Below are positions 1-8,927 of a stretch of 24,000 bases of DNA, piece after piece. The position numbers were made by a program, and so were the translations under genes. Positions within the stretch are counted from its first letter, which is position 1. The number at the start of each line of letters is the position of its first letter. Origin of the DNA: an uncultured Veillonella sp. (GTDB taxonomy: Bacteria > Bacillota > Negativicutes > Veillonellales > Veillonellaceae); the NCBI GenBank assembly GCA_963515865.1, contig CAUPZH010000006.1, positions 18,609 through 42,608 on the forward strand, written 5' to 3'. The notes below the pieces were generated by a model. It saw nothing but the letters and a program-made list of their open reading frames with translations. It was not told where the DNA came from and searched no databases.

Positions 1-2
1 AT

Positions 3-677
3 TTTACTGATGAGCTAGCTTTAGTAGAAGCTTGGGAAAAAAGATATTTCTCACCAGATGGGGAACCACTGCTTACGCATGCAGTAGCACCACATGAAGG
101 ATGTATCACAGGGACTATGCACATAGATATGTCTCAGTTTATTGAAGAGGAGGTAGAGGAAATGGTTAGAGTAGATCCAGCTATAGAATTTACAGGGGAA
201 GATATTCATGATTTGATTCCACAATATCTTCAAAATAGTTACGATATTTTGTATTCTATCTTGCCAGGTACATATCATCGGGTATATCTATATGTAGAGA
301 ATGATGGAACGGTATGTCGTCAACTAGGGTATATCATTGTCGATGGTGAATACCTTACTTTTGAGGAGATGGTAGACCGTAAGGTGGTTTCTAAGGCAAC
401 TTATGATGCTACGATGGAACAACTAGCGCTGTGGTCGAATTACATGCGAAATGCATTTATTGCTTGCCATCTTGAACCGTGGACGGTGTTCTCCTATATG
501 TTAGATGAAGAAATGCATATTTCCAATAACTTTGGTTACGATGTATTAGCAGAGCAAGCCTATGATAATGAGCTCTTTGACCTTTGGTCCTATGAAAAGT
601 TAGGCATTAAGAGTTCTAACTTACCTGAGGATAAGATAGCAACTATTGTATCAGAAAATGAATATGCCAAATTTTAA
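3..677 (+). CDS. hypothetical acidic protein, 5' end outside the window
   Basis: The frame of the listed 117..677 ORF stays open back to position 3 (FTDELALVEAWEKRYFSPDGEPLL...), so the gene starts upstream of the window. I recognise no family motif. Confidence 0.55.
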   Translation, partial: FTDELALVEAWEKRYFSPDGEPLLTHAVAPHEGCITGTMHIDMSQFIEEEVEEMVRVDPAIEFTGEDIHDLIPQYLQNSYDILYSILPGTYHRVYLYVENDGTVCRQLGYIIVDGEYLTFEEMVDRKVVSKATYDATMEQLALWSNYMRNAFIACHLEPWTVFSYMLDEEMHISNNFGYDVLAEQAYDNELFDLWSYEKLGIKSSNLPEDKIATIVSENEYAKF

Positions 678-779
678 TATGAAAGAAAATGGGATTGATA
701 GTGAATAAAGTAAGGCCATCTTATAAGTATAGTATACAGATTAATACAGTGGTGTATCCATAAAGAGGAAGGTATAGAT

Positions 780-1286
780 ATGATTGGATATATTAAGAAA
801 TATGGTGTAGAGATTATTTTAATACTTGCCTATATAGGCATTATGTCATTAGTGGCACTAGTAATGTATACACCAGATAGCAACCCTCCAGACTTAAATG
901 TTAAAAAAAATACGATAACTGGAAAATATGTAGCTGTCATGGAATCTGGAAATTACTCAAGAGTGATAGACCCTTATGTGAAGGCACAGTATTTTACTAG
1001 AAGTTTTCAATATACGTACGGATCAATTGGATTTATGAGTCAATTCGTATTTAATGGTGATACTACTGTGGTATTAAATAAAAATATGACAGATGAGGAA
1101 AAAGAAAAGTTCCTTGAATTCCTAAAGGATATACGGGAGGATAAAGAATTAGGCTATCCTAGAATTTCTATTATTGAAGAAAAAGATTTGGATGAACGTA
1201 AGTATGAAATTATGAAAAAATTAGAAATTCAGGCACGAGAGAAGTCATTAGAAAATCGTTCCGAGAGATATAACAGTTTGTTGTGA
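780..1286 (+). CDS. hypothetical membrane-anchored protein (one N-terminal TM helix, charged Lys/Glu-rich C-terminus)
   Basis: 168-aa ORF. The hydrophobic segment VEIILILAYIGIMSLVALVMY lies near the N-terminus. An AGGAAGG-like RBS (aaagaggaagg) sits upstream of the ATG at 780. No family recognised. Confidence 0.55.
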   Translation: MIGYIKKYGVEIILILAYIGIMSLVALVMYTPDSNPPDLNVKKNTITGKYVAVMESGNYSRVIDPYVKAQYFTRSFQYTYGSIGFMSQFVFNGDTTVVLNKNMTDEEKEKFLEFLKDIREDKELGYPRISIIEEKDLDERKYEIMKKLEIQAREKSLENRSERYNSLL

Positions 1287-1461
1287 TGTAAAGGAGTATA
1301 GGATTGACAGTGCATAAAATATTTGTAGGTCTCTTTACTAGCGATGATCTACGGTGGAAGCATGTAGTACATAGGAATAGCCAACAGATTACAGAATTAG
1401 TGTAAGGTCTTACACATAAGACAAGGAATTCTTATGCTGGCATTTATTTTTAAGTAAAATA

Positions 1462-1501
1462 ATAGAGGAACGTTGAGTGTTAGATATCAACGTTCCTCTA
1501 T
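1462..1501. terminator. bidirectional intrinsic terminator; copy 1 of a repeated palindrome (stem ATAGAGGAACGTTG)
   Basis: Perfect 14-bp arms: atagaggaacgttg (1462-1475) and caacgttcctctat (1488-1501), with a 12-nt loop. An A-rich run lies upstream and a T run downstream. It sits between convergent genes and abuts the LysR stop codon (1502-1504). Confidence 0.8.
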
Positions 1502-2386
1502 TTAGTCTATATTATTTTTTATATACGAAATAAATGTTTGAACAGCTCTACGTTGTAGGGCATTTGCTTGATAATAAAGCTTTGTTTCTCGCAATAGAGG
1601 TGTACCATCTTCCCATAGTAATGGTTCAAAGGTAAATTCATCAGAGAACCTGCCCAATCCCGTTTCTGGGAGGACAGACCATCCTAAATTTTTTCTGATG
1701 AATTGTCGACATGTAGCCATGGTATCAACTTTTATACTATCGTTGGGAGGGACTTGGTAATGCTGTTTCCACCATTTATCGATGATAGTATATAAATCAT
1801 GGGCTGTTGCATATCGTATAAATGGCAAAGTCAAGATATCTTCTCTGGGCATAGGTTTAGAGGGTAAGGATGTATTGGTTACTAAACCGATGCGATCTGT
1901 GTGAATTAACAATGATTCGTCGTCAATGGATTGAGGACCGCGAATAATAGCAACCTCTACTTCATTAGATTGAAATAATTGAGCAATTTTGGAACTAATG
2001 CCAGTATAAACTTCTAACTTTACCTTTGGATAGACTTGTGTAAATCCTGACAAAATATCAGGTAACATATAATTGGCATAGATGCTCGAGACGCCAAGCC
2101 GTAATGTCCCCGTTATTTCTTCACTATAATTAGATAGAGTGTTTTCAAATTCACGTTTTCTATGTAGCATATCTAAGGCATAGTGATAATATAATTCCCC
2201 CGTTTCTGTTAAGGTAACGCCACGAGATGTACGTATAAATAAAGGTTTATTGAACTGTTTTTCTAGTTGCTGTAAACGATACGATAACGCAGGCTGAGAG
2301 ATATATAAACGATTGGCGGCCTTTGTCATATTACCTTCTTCTGCGATAGCAATAAAAAAATGCCAATCTTTTTCCATAGTTTCCAT
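1502..2386 (-). CDS. LysR-family transcriptional regulator
   Basis: N-terminal wHTH MTKAANRLYISQPALSYRLQQLEKQF, and a length (294 aa) typical of LTTRs. It is divergent from the aconitase/PrpF operon. Confidence 0.9.
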   Translation of the reverse strand: METMEKDWHFFIAIAEEGNMTKAANRLYISQPALSYRLQQLEKQFNKPLFIRTSRGVTLTETGELYYHYALDMLHRKREFENTLSNYSEEITGTLRLGVSSIYANYMLPDILSGFTQVYPKVKLEVYTGISSKIAQLFQSNEVEVAIIRGPQSIDDESLLIHTDRIGLVTNTSLPSKPMPREDILTLPFIRYATAHDLYTIIDKWWKQHYQVPPNDSIKVDTMATCRQFIRKNLGWSVLPETGLGRFSDEFTFEPLLWEDGTPLLRETKLYYQANALQRRAVQTFISYIKNNID

Positions 2387-2401
2387 GGTAGCCCTCCTTT
2401 A

Positions 2402-2416
2402 ATAAAAATATTTTAT
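2402..2416. promoter_or_regulatory. candidate LysR T-N11-A box in the divergent promoter region
   Basis: ataaaaatattttat is the inverted repeat ATAAAA-ATA-TTTTAT and contains TAAAAATATTTTA (T-N11-A). The surrounding DNA is very AT-rich, so a chance match is possible. Confidence 0.3.
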
Positions 2417-2529
2417 CATATAAGATAAATGTAATCTATTTTATTTATTTACTTACAACATATATACTTAAACTATAAAGGCCTTCAAGTAAGGTAAAAC
2501 CGTAGTTAGTCATAAGTAGGAGGACTAAG

Positions 2530-4464
2530 ATGGCAGGAAAAAGTTTAATCTATAAAATATTAGAAACTCATTTAGTAGAGGGAACACTGGTTGCAGGTGA
2601 AGATATTGCTGTTGCCATAGACCAAACGTTAACACAGGATGCCACAGGGACTATGGCATATTTAGAATTTGAATCTTTAGGGTTAGATAGAGTAAAGACC
2701 CTATCTGTATCCTATGTAGATCATAATACATTACAAGATGGATTTGAAAATGCAGACGATCATAAATATTTACAAGATGTAGCAAGTAAATATGGTATTT
2801 ATTACTCAAAAGCAGGTAATGGGATTTGCCATCAAGTACATTTAGAACGATTTGCTAGACCAGGTCAAACTTTAGTAGGTGCAGATAGTCATACTCCAAC
2901 TGCTGGAGGCTTAGGAATGTTTGCTGTCGGTGTTGGGGGTATGGATGTGGCGGCATCTATGGCAGGAAAGCCATTCCATTTAACTTGTCCAAAAGTTACT
3001 AATATTAAATTAAATGGGCGTTTACAAGCTTGGTGTGCAGCAAAAGATATCGTGTTAAAAGTATTAAGTATTTTAACCACTAAAGGAAATGTAGGAACAG
3101 CCATCGAGTATACAGGAGAAGGCGTAGCATCTTTAACAGTACCGGAGCGTGCAACAATCACAAATATGGGGGCAGAAATGGGGATTACTACATCCATTTT
3201 CCCAAGTGATGCAAAAACAAAAGAATTTTTACGAGCTCAAGGTCGTGAAGATGTATGGGTAGAATTGCAGCCAGATGAAGATGCGCAGTATGATGAAGTC
3301 ATTGAAATTGATCTAAATGCATTAGTGCCTATGATTGCATGTCCACACTCTCCAGATAATGTAAAAACAGTAGCAGAATTAAAAGATGTTGTAGTAGACC
3401 AAGTACTAGTAGGAAGCTGCACCAATTCCAGTTATCGAGATTTAATGATGGTAGCAGCAATGTTGAAAGGACGTAAAATTCATCCAGATGTGAGTTTTGG
3501 GGTAGCTCCTGGATCCAAGCAAGCATTAGCAATGATTACAAAAAATGGAGCCTTAGCAGATATACTTGCTTCTGGAGCACGTTTGTTTGAAAGTGCCTGT
3601 GGATTCTGTGTAGGTTGCGGACAAGCGCCACGAACAAAATCTATTTCTTTACGTACAAATAACCGTAACTATGAAGGTCGTAGTGGGACTAAAGATGCCT
3701 TAGTGCATTTAGTTTCAGTAGAAACAGCGGTAGCCTCTGCTTTAATGGGAACGATTACAGATCCTCGTGAAATAGGGATAGAAGTACCAACAATTGAGCT
3801 TCCTGAGGTGTATGAAATTGATGATTCCTTGATTGTTGCACCAAAATGTGATGTAAACCAATCTATTTTACGAGGTCCTAATATTGGAGAGCCTCCTAGC
3901 AATATTGCGTTACCAGAAATAATTTCTGCTAAAGTGACGATCAAAGTAGAAGATAAAATTACAACAGATCATATTATGCCAGCTGGACCATATTTGAAAT
4001 TTAGATCGAATGTACCTAAATATAGTCAATATGTATTTAGTCCTGTAAAACCAGATTTTGCAGAAGAATGTAAAGAAAATGTTGAGCATGGATACTATAA
4101 TGTGATTGTAGCTCGTGAAAGTTATGGACAAGGATCTTCTCGTGAACATGCCGCACTTTGCCCAATGTATTTAGGAGTAAAAGCAGTGATTGCAAAATCT
4201 ATTGAACGGATTCATATGGATAATCTTGTGAACTTTGGTATTTTGCCTTTATTATTTGAAAATGATGCAGATTATGAGAGTATTCAAGAAGGTGATGAAT
4301 TATTCTATCATTGTGATGATGCTTCCTTTGCAGCTGGTGTATTTACCGTAGAGAATAAAACAAAATCTACTATGTATAGATTAAGAACACCATTAAATGA
4401 ACGACAATTAGAAATTGTTCGAGCGGGAGGTAAATTGAACTTCTTGCGTAATGGTGGGCAATAA
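2530..4464 (+). CDS. aconitase-family hydro-lyase (short, ~640-aa single-chain type; substrate not assignable)
   Basis: Aconitase motifs are present: DQTLTQDATG, GADSHTP, GSCTNSS, CGFCVGCG (Fe-S cysteines), and the swivel-domain motif YGQGSSREHAA. RBS taggagg lies upstream of the ATG at 2530. Confidence 0.9.
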   Translation: MAGKSLIYKILETHLVEGTLVAGEDIAVAIDQTLTQDATGTMAYLEFESLGLDRVKTLSVSYVDHNTLQDGFENADDHKYLQDVASKYGIYYSKAGNGICHQVHLERFARPGQTLVGADSHTPTAGGLGMFAVGVGGMDVAASMAGKPFHLTCPKVTNIKLNGRLQAWCAAKDIVLKVLSILTTKGNVGTAIEYTGEGVASLTVPERATITNMGAEMGITTSIFPSDAKTKEFLRAQGREDVWVELQPDEDAQYDEVIEIDLNALVPMIACPHSPDNVKTVAELKDVVVDQVLVGSCTNSSYRDLMMVAAMLKGRKIHPDVSFGVAPGSKQALAMITKNGALADILASGARLFESACGFCVGCGQAPRTKSISLRTNNRNYEGRSGTKDALVHLVSVETAVASALMGTITDPREIGIEVPTIELPEVYEIDDSLIVAPKCDVNQSILRGPNIGEPPSNIALPEIISAKVTIKVEDKITTDHIMPAGPYLKFRSNVPKYSQYVFSPVKPDFAEECKENVEHGYYNVIVARESYGQGSSREHAALCPMYLGVKAVIAKSIERIHMDNLVNFGILPLLFENDADYESIQEGDELFYHCDDASFAAGVFTVENKTKSTMYRLRTPLNERQLEIVRAGGKLNFLRNGGQ

Positions 4465-4542
4465 TTAGGAATAACAGTTAATAAATTAGAGTAAGTGATG
4501 GCACAGTGCAGACTGTGTCATCCTCTATATGTGAGGTGTATG

Positions 4543-5709
4543 ATGAAAGATTATATGAAATTACCCGTATTATATATGCGTGGCGGAACTAGTAAAGGAG
4601 CTTATTTATATGCTCCAGACTTGCCAACAGATTCAACAGAACGAGATGCAATGATCCTATCCCTCTATGGGAGTCCAGATGTACGACAAATTGATGGGAT
4701 TGGAGGAGCAGACCCTTTAACGAGTAAACTGGCTATTGTGGGACCTGCTTCGGTGGAAGGATGTGATGTAGACTATACATTTGCTTACGTAGGTATCGAT
4801 ACGGCAGTTGTCGATTATGAAGGTAATTGTGGTAACATTTCATCTGGAGTTGGTATTTTTGCTATGTTACGTGGTTTGGTAGAACTAGTCGAGCCAATCA
4901 CTGTAGTTCGCATACATAATACGAATACCCATAAAATTATAGAAGCTCATATCCCTGTACAAGATGGATTACCAGTGGTAACAGGAGACTTTGCCATCGA
5001 TGGAGTTCCGGGTACAGGGGCACAAATTATGCTCTACTTTCAATCCCCTAGCGGTTCTAAAACTGGGAAATTATTGCCAACGGGGAATGCGCGAGATACC
5101 ATCACTTTGGAAGTGGGAAATACGCATACAGCGAAGAATAATCATAGGATAGACGTAAGTTTTGTGGACTCTGCCACACCGGGTGTATTTGTGAAAGCAA
5201 AAGATTTAGGATATATAGGAACAGAAATGCCAAGTGATATCGAAGCAGATGCAGAGGGTCTATTAGATATATTAGAGGATATTCGTAGGACTGCCGCTGT
5301 CAGAATGGGATTAGCTACATCAAAAGAAAGCGCTAGTCCAGCCATTCCAAAGGTATGTATGGTGGGTACTGCTTCTACGTATACCGATATACAGGGCCGC
5401 GTGATTGAGGGTGCATCGATAGATATAGTAGCACGAACAAAAGCATTACAAGTGATTCATAAGGCCTATGCAGTCACTGGCGGTATTGCTACTGCAACAG
5501 CAGCACTTATTCCAGGGACGATTGTCAATGATGTGGTCAGTGAAGAGGCTAAGCGTACGAAAACCGTTACTTTGGGTCATCCAAGTGGGACTTTTACATT
5601 TAATATTGATATAGATACAGAGAGTCTATATGTTACCAAAGCTGGTGTAGCAAGAACTGCTCGTCCTATTATGGATGGCATTGCCTATGTTAAAGTTGGT
5701 AAATACTAA
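4543..5709 (+). CDS. PrpF-family isomerase (methylaconitate/aconitate isomerase-like)
   Basis: YMRGGTSKG lies near the N-terminus. TSKLAIV and EGNCGNISSGVG match the PrpF catalytic Lys/Cys regions. I moved the start to the ATG at 4543 (GAGG at 4533-4536, 6-nt spacing). The longer 4495 start has no RBS. Confidence 0.85.
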   Translation: MKDYMKLPVLYMRGGTSKGAYLYAPDLPTDSTERDAMILSLYGSPDVRQIDGIGGADPLTSKLAIVGPASVEGCDVDYTFAYVGIDTAVVDYEGNCGNISSGVGIFAMLRGLVELVEPITVVRIHNTNTHKIIEAHIPVQDGLPVVTGDFAIDGVPGTGAQIMLYFQSPSGSKTGKLLPTGNARDTITLEVGNTHTAKNNHRIDVSFVDSATPGVFVKAKDLGYIGTEMPSDIEADAEGLLDILEDIRRTAAVRMGLATSKESASPAIPKVCMVGTASTYTDIQGRVIEGASIDIVARTKALQVIHKAYAVTGGIATATAALIPGTIVNDVVSEEAKRTKTVTLGHPSGTFTFNIDIDTESLYVTKAGVARTARPIMDGIAYVKVGKY

Positions 5710-5931
5710 TAGAATATAGTAGAAACAAGTTATTGTAACAGATATAACCTGATATATGGAGCAAAGCCCATCTATAGTATGGACTTTCCTCTAATTTTAT
5801 TTTTGTAGTATGGAGGGAATCAAAAAAACATCTATTTTTGTGAATAGATGTATGTACACCTTGTAATGAAGGATAAATTATTTTATTATATAGCTATATA
5901 TACTCTGTATTTTTAAGGAGAGGTGTTACTT

Positions 5932-6657
5932 ATGAAACAACCATTAATCGGTATCTCAGGTTCTCATATGATTGACCAAGGCGGTCCATTTCCGGGATAT
6001 AAACGATCCTATGTGAATGATGATTATGTGCAGTCTGTATTAGAAGCAGGCGGCATTCCTGTGATTATTCCATTCCAAGAAGATGAAGCAACATTGAAAG
6101 CATTGGTAGAACGATTAGATGGTCTCATTCTTTCTGGTGGTCATGACATTGCCCCACAATTTTATGGAGAAGAACCAGAGCGTGGATTAGGTGCTATATG
6201 GCCAGAACGCGATATCTTTGATATGCGTTTATTAGCTTTCGCAAAAGAATGCAAGCTTCCTATTATGGGGATTTGCCGTGGACATCAAATTATCAACGTA
6301 GCCCATAAAGGATCCTTATATCAAGACTTACCTGCCTTTGCTACGATCAAGCATTCCCAAAATCAAACAGCAGGATTACCAACGCACTCTATGGTGATTG
6401 AAAAGGATTCCAAATTATTTGGTGTATTAGAATCTGAAACAGTGATGGTTAACTCTCATCACCACCAAATTGTGAAAGAAGTAGGAGAAGGCTTGCGTGT
6501 AGTAGGCCGTGCTAAAGATACTGTCGTAGAGGCTATGGAAGGCACAGACTACCCATACTTACGTACGTATCAATTTCATCCAGAAATGATGCGTCATACA
6601 GAGTTGAATGCAGCGATTTTCAAAGACTTTGTAGAGGCAGCTAAGAAAGAGGCCTAA
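5932..6657 (+). CDS. gamma-glutamyl-gamma-aminobutyrate hydrolase family protein (peptidase C26 / class I glutamine amidotransferase fold)
   Basis: IGISG near the N-terminus, GICRGHQ (nucleophile Cys), HHHQ, and YQFHPE (His/Glu of the triad). RBS aaggagagg lies 8 nt before the ATG at 5932. Confidence 0.85.
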   Translation: MKQPLIGISGSHMIDQGGPFPGYKRSYVNDDYVQSVLEAGGIPVIIPFQEDEATLKALVERLDGLILSGGHDIAPQFYGEEPERGLGAIWPERDIFDMRLLAFAKECKLPIMGICRGHQIINVAHKGSLYQDLPAFATIKHSQNQTAGLPTHSMVIEKDSKLFGVLESETVMVNSHHHQIVKEVGEGLRVVGRAKDTVVEAMEGTDYPYLRTYQFHPEMMRHTELNAAIFKDFVEAAKKEA

Positions 6658-6658
6658 T

Positions 6659-7984
6659 ATGGAACAAAAAGATAGTAAATTTGGCTTTTGGAGTATCGTT
6701 CTCCTCGGCATTAACGCTATTGTAGGAACAGGGATTTTCTTATTGCCGAATAAAGTATATGCTCTTATGGGGCCAGCGAGTTTAGGGGTGCTGTTATTTG
6801 ATGCATTCCTTGCCATTTGTATTGCCTTATGCTTTGCTGAAGTAGCGGGATTCTTCACTCGTAATGGAGGACCCTATTTATACGCAAAGCATTCCTTAGG
6901 TGACTTTTGGGGATTTGAAGTAGGTGTTCTTAAATGGATTGTTGTGCTCATCGCTTGGGCAGTTATGGCAGTAGGATTTGCGACAGCCTTGGGGGCAGCC
7001 ATTCCGGCGCTATCTGGGGATTTTATGAAAGATGTCATCGCCACGATCATCATCGTCTTATTAACGGTGATTAATATTATTGGCGTTAACATGACTAAAA
7101 TTCTGAATAATTTGATTACCGTATCTAAATTAGTGCCTTTATTTGCGTTCATTGTCATCGGGTTGTTTGCCATTAATGGAACAAACTTTACACCGTTTGT
7201 ACCAGATTTTGTGGAACTTTCAGATGGAGGCGTATCGGGAGCATTCGCAGCCACTGCGATATTGCTATTCTTTGCGTATACCGGATTTGAAGCCATTGCG
7301 GTAGCCGCAGAAGATATGGAAAATCCTAAAAAGAATTTGCCTCGTGCCATCATTACGGTCATGATCATCGTATCTGTGTTATATATGTTGGTATTGGCAG
7401 TATGTATCGGTATTATGGGTGATAGCCTTGCTAATGATAAAGCACCATTGCAAACGGCATTTGGTCAAATTATGGGACCATGGGGCATGTACTTCGTGCT
7501 AGCCGGTACGTTGTTATCTATGGGTGGTATTAACATTGCTCAGTCCTTCCTAGGACCTCGTATTGCAACATCTCTGGCAGAAGATGGTATGTTACCAAGT
7601 ATCCTAGCCAAACGTACTAGTTGGGGCACGCCAGTTGTCGCATGTATTGTGACAGGTGTATTTAGCTTATTACTAGCATGGAGCGGTAGCTTTGTTCAAT
7701 TGGCAGCCATCAGCGCCGTATCTCGGTTTACGCAGTATTTACCAACTTGTGTTTCTGTCATTATTTTCCGTAAAAAATGGGCTCATAAAGAGCGTCCGTA
7801 CAAAATTCCAGGAGGTATTATTATCCCTGTGATTGCCATCATTACATCTCTTTGGATGTTGGCACAAGCAAAACCAAATCAATTGATTTGGGGTCTTGGT
7901 GGTTGTATTATTATCTTGCCACTGTATTTCTTATATCTAAATAAGAAAAAACGAGGCTTAATCAAAGAAACAGAAGAATTATAA
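6659..7984 (+). CDS. APC-superfamily amino acid/polyamine permease
   Basis: 441 aa and highly hydrophobic, with about 12 predicted TM segments. It has the N-terminal GTGIFLLP motif typical of APC transporters. Its ATG starts 2 nt after the upstream stop, suggesting translational coupling. Confidence 0.85.
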   Translation: MEQKDSKFGFWSIVLLGINAIVGTGIFLLPNKVYALMGPASLGVLLFDAFLAICIALCFAEVAGFFTRNGGPYLYAKHSLGDFWGFEVGVLKWIVVLIAWAVMAVGFATALGAAIPALSGDFMKDVIATIIIVLLTVINIIGVNMTKILNNLITVSKLVPLFAFIVIGLFAINGTNFTPFVPDFVELSDGGVSGAFAATAILLFFAYTGFEAIAVAAEDMENPKKNLPRAIITVMIIVSVLYMLVLAVCIGIMGDSLANDKAPLQTAFGQIMGPWGMYFVLAGTLLSMGGINIAQSFLGPRIATSLAEDGMLPSILAKRTSWGTPVVACIVTGVFSLLLAWSGSFVQLAAISAVSRFTQYLPTCVSVIIFRKKWAHKERPYKIPGGIIIPVIAIITSLWMLAQAKPNQLIWGLGGCIIILPLYFLYLNKKKRGLIKETEEL

Positions 7985-7995
7985 TTGGATATGAA

Positions 7996-8019
7996 AAAAG
8001 GGTCCTTCGGGACCCTTTT
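7996..8019. terminator. bidirectional intrinsic terminator
   Basis: aaaaaGGGTCCttcgGGACCCtttt lies between the convergent permease and LysR genes. Confidence 0.85.
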
Positions 8020-8030
8020 GTATTACTATA

Positions 8031-8927
8031 TTATTCTCCAGAATGTGCTTTATAGAATTCTAGAAACTGTTGTGCCACCATGGACAAAGGTTGTCCTTTG
8101 ATGGTGATAAAGGCCTTATAGAATGTGTTGGTCAGTTCTGTTAACTTAATGCGAGTCATATCTGGATGAGATACAGTTTCCTGTCCATCCATAGGAATAA
8201 TAGCTATGGTACGTCCAGATTGAGCCCATTCAATGGCAGAACTCTTCGTGGTAGTTACAGAAATAACATTGAGAGAAGAGAAGTCATTGTGATGAGCTTG
8301 CATGAGCATGCGTACAGAACCACCAGATAAGCTGAGAGGACATTTGGCAATATCATTCCAAGAAATACTTTCTAGGTCACGATCTGTCCAAAATAAATCT
8401 TTTCGGAACAGAGCATATAAGTCCTCCGTTTGCGTATAGAGAACATCAAATTTGTTGGTATCTACCATTTGCTCATTGCATAGACCAATTTCAGCGCTAC
8501 CATTTAATAAGGATTCCGTTACATCTGTCATTAATCCTTCATAAATTTCATAACGTACTACAGGGTATTGGCGGGAAAAGAAATGCAAATATTGCTGAAT
8601 TAAGGCGGTAGACCTTGAGGCAGAGGAGGCGATACGAAGAGTGCCTTCTACTTCAGAACTAAGACGTTTTACATCAGCGTAGGTAGACTCTTCAATGGAA
8701 CACAATTGTTGTGCTTTTTCATAGAAAATACGGCCAGCTTCGGTCAGATGAAAGCTAGCTCCACGTTGACCGCGCTTGATGACTAATAGGGGGGTACCAA
8801 ATTCTGCTTCTAAGTACTTGAGTTGCTTACTTAAAGCTGGTTGTGTAATATGCAGTATCTCTGCTGCTTGCGTCATATTCCCCGTTTGTACTAAGATGAT
8901 AAAATTATAATAGTAAGATGTATCCAT
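8031..8927 (-). CDS. LysR-family transcriptional regulator
   Basis: wHTH MTQAAEILHITQPALSKQLKYLEAEF; 298 aa. It is divergent from the DAACS symporter gene. Confidence 0.9.
   Translation of the reverse strand: MDTSYYYNFIILVQTGNMTQAAEILHITQPALSKQLKYLEAEFGTPLLVIKRGQRGASFHLTEAGRIFYEKAQQLCSIEESTYADVKRLSSEVEGTLRIASSASRSTALIQQYLHFFSRQYPVVRYEIYEGLMTDVTESLLNGSAEIGLCNEQMVDTNKFDVLYTQTEDLYALFRKDLFWTDRDLESISWNDIAKCPLSLSGGSVRMLMQAHHNDFSSLNVISVTTTKSSAIEWAQSGRTIAIIPMDGQETVSHPDMTRIKLTELTNTFYKAFITIKGQPLSMVAQQFLEFYKAHSGE

Noticed and set aside
2889-4149. Minus-strand ORFs of 62-102 aa inside the aconitase gene (2889..3197, 3237..3425, 3329..3532, 3669..3944, 3910..4149).
   Set aside because: They lie entirely antisense to a well-supported, motif-rich CDS. 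They have no RBS and low-complexity or odd composition, as expected for shadow ORFs.
5828-5851. Hairpin ACATCTAT-8 nt-ATAGATGT between the PrpF-like and C26 genes, looking like a minus-strand terminator (7 T on the minus strand).
   Set aside because: No minus-strand gene feeds into it. On the plus strand it lacks a T-run. It is AU-rich and weak. It might block antisense transcription, but there is not enough evidence to call it a feature.
6559-7368. Minus-strand ORFs 6559..6858 and 6874..7368 (99 and 164 aa).
   Set aside because: They are antisense to the C26 hydrolase and APC permease genes. The 164-aa one mirrors the codon bias of a hydrophobic transporter gene. Neither has start-site support.
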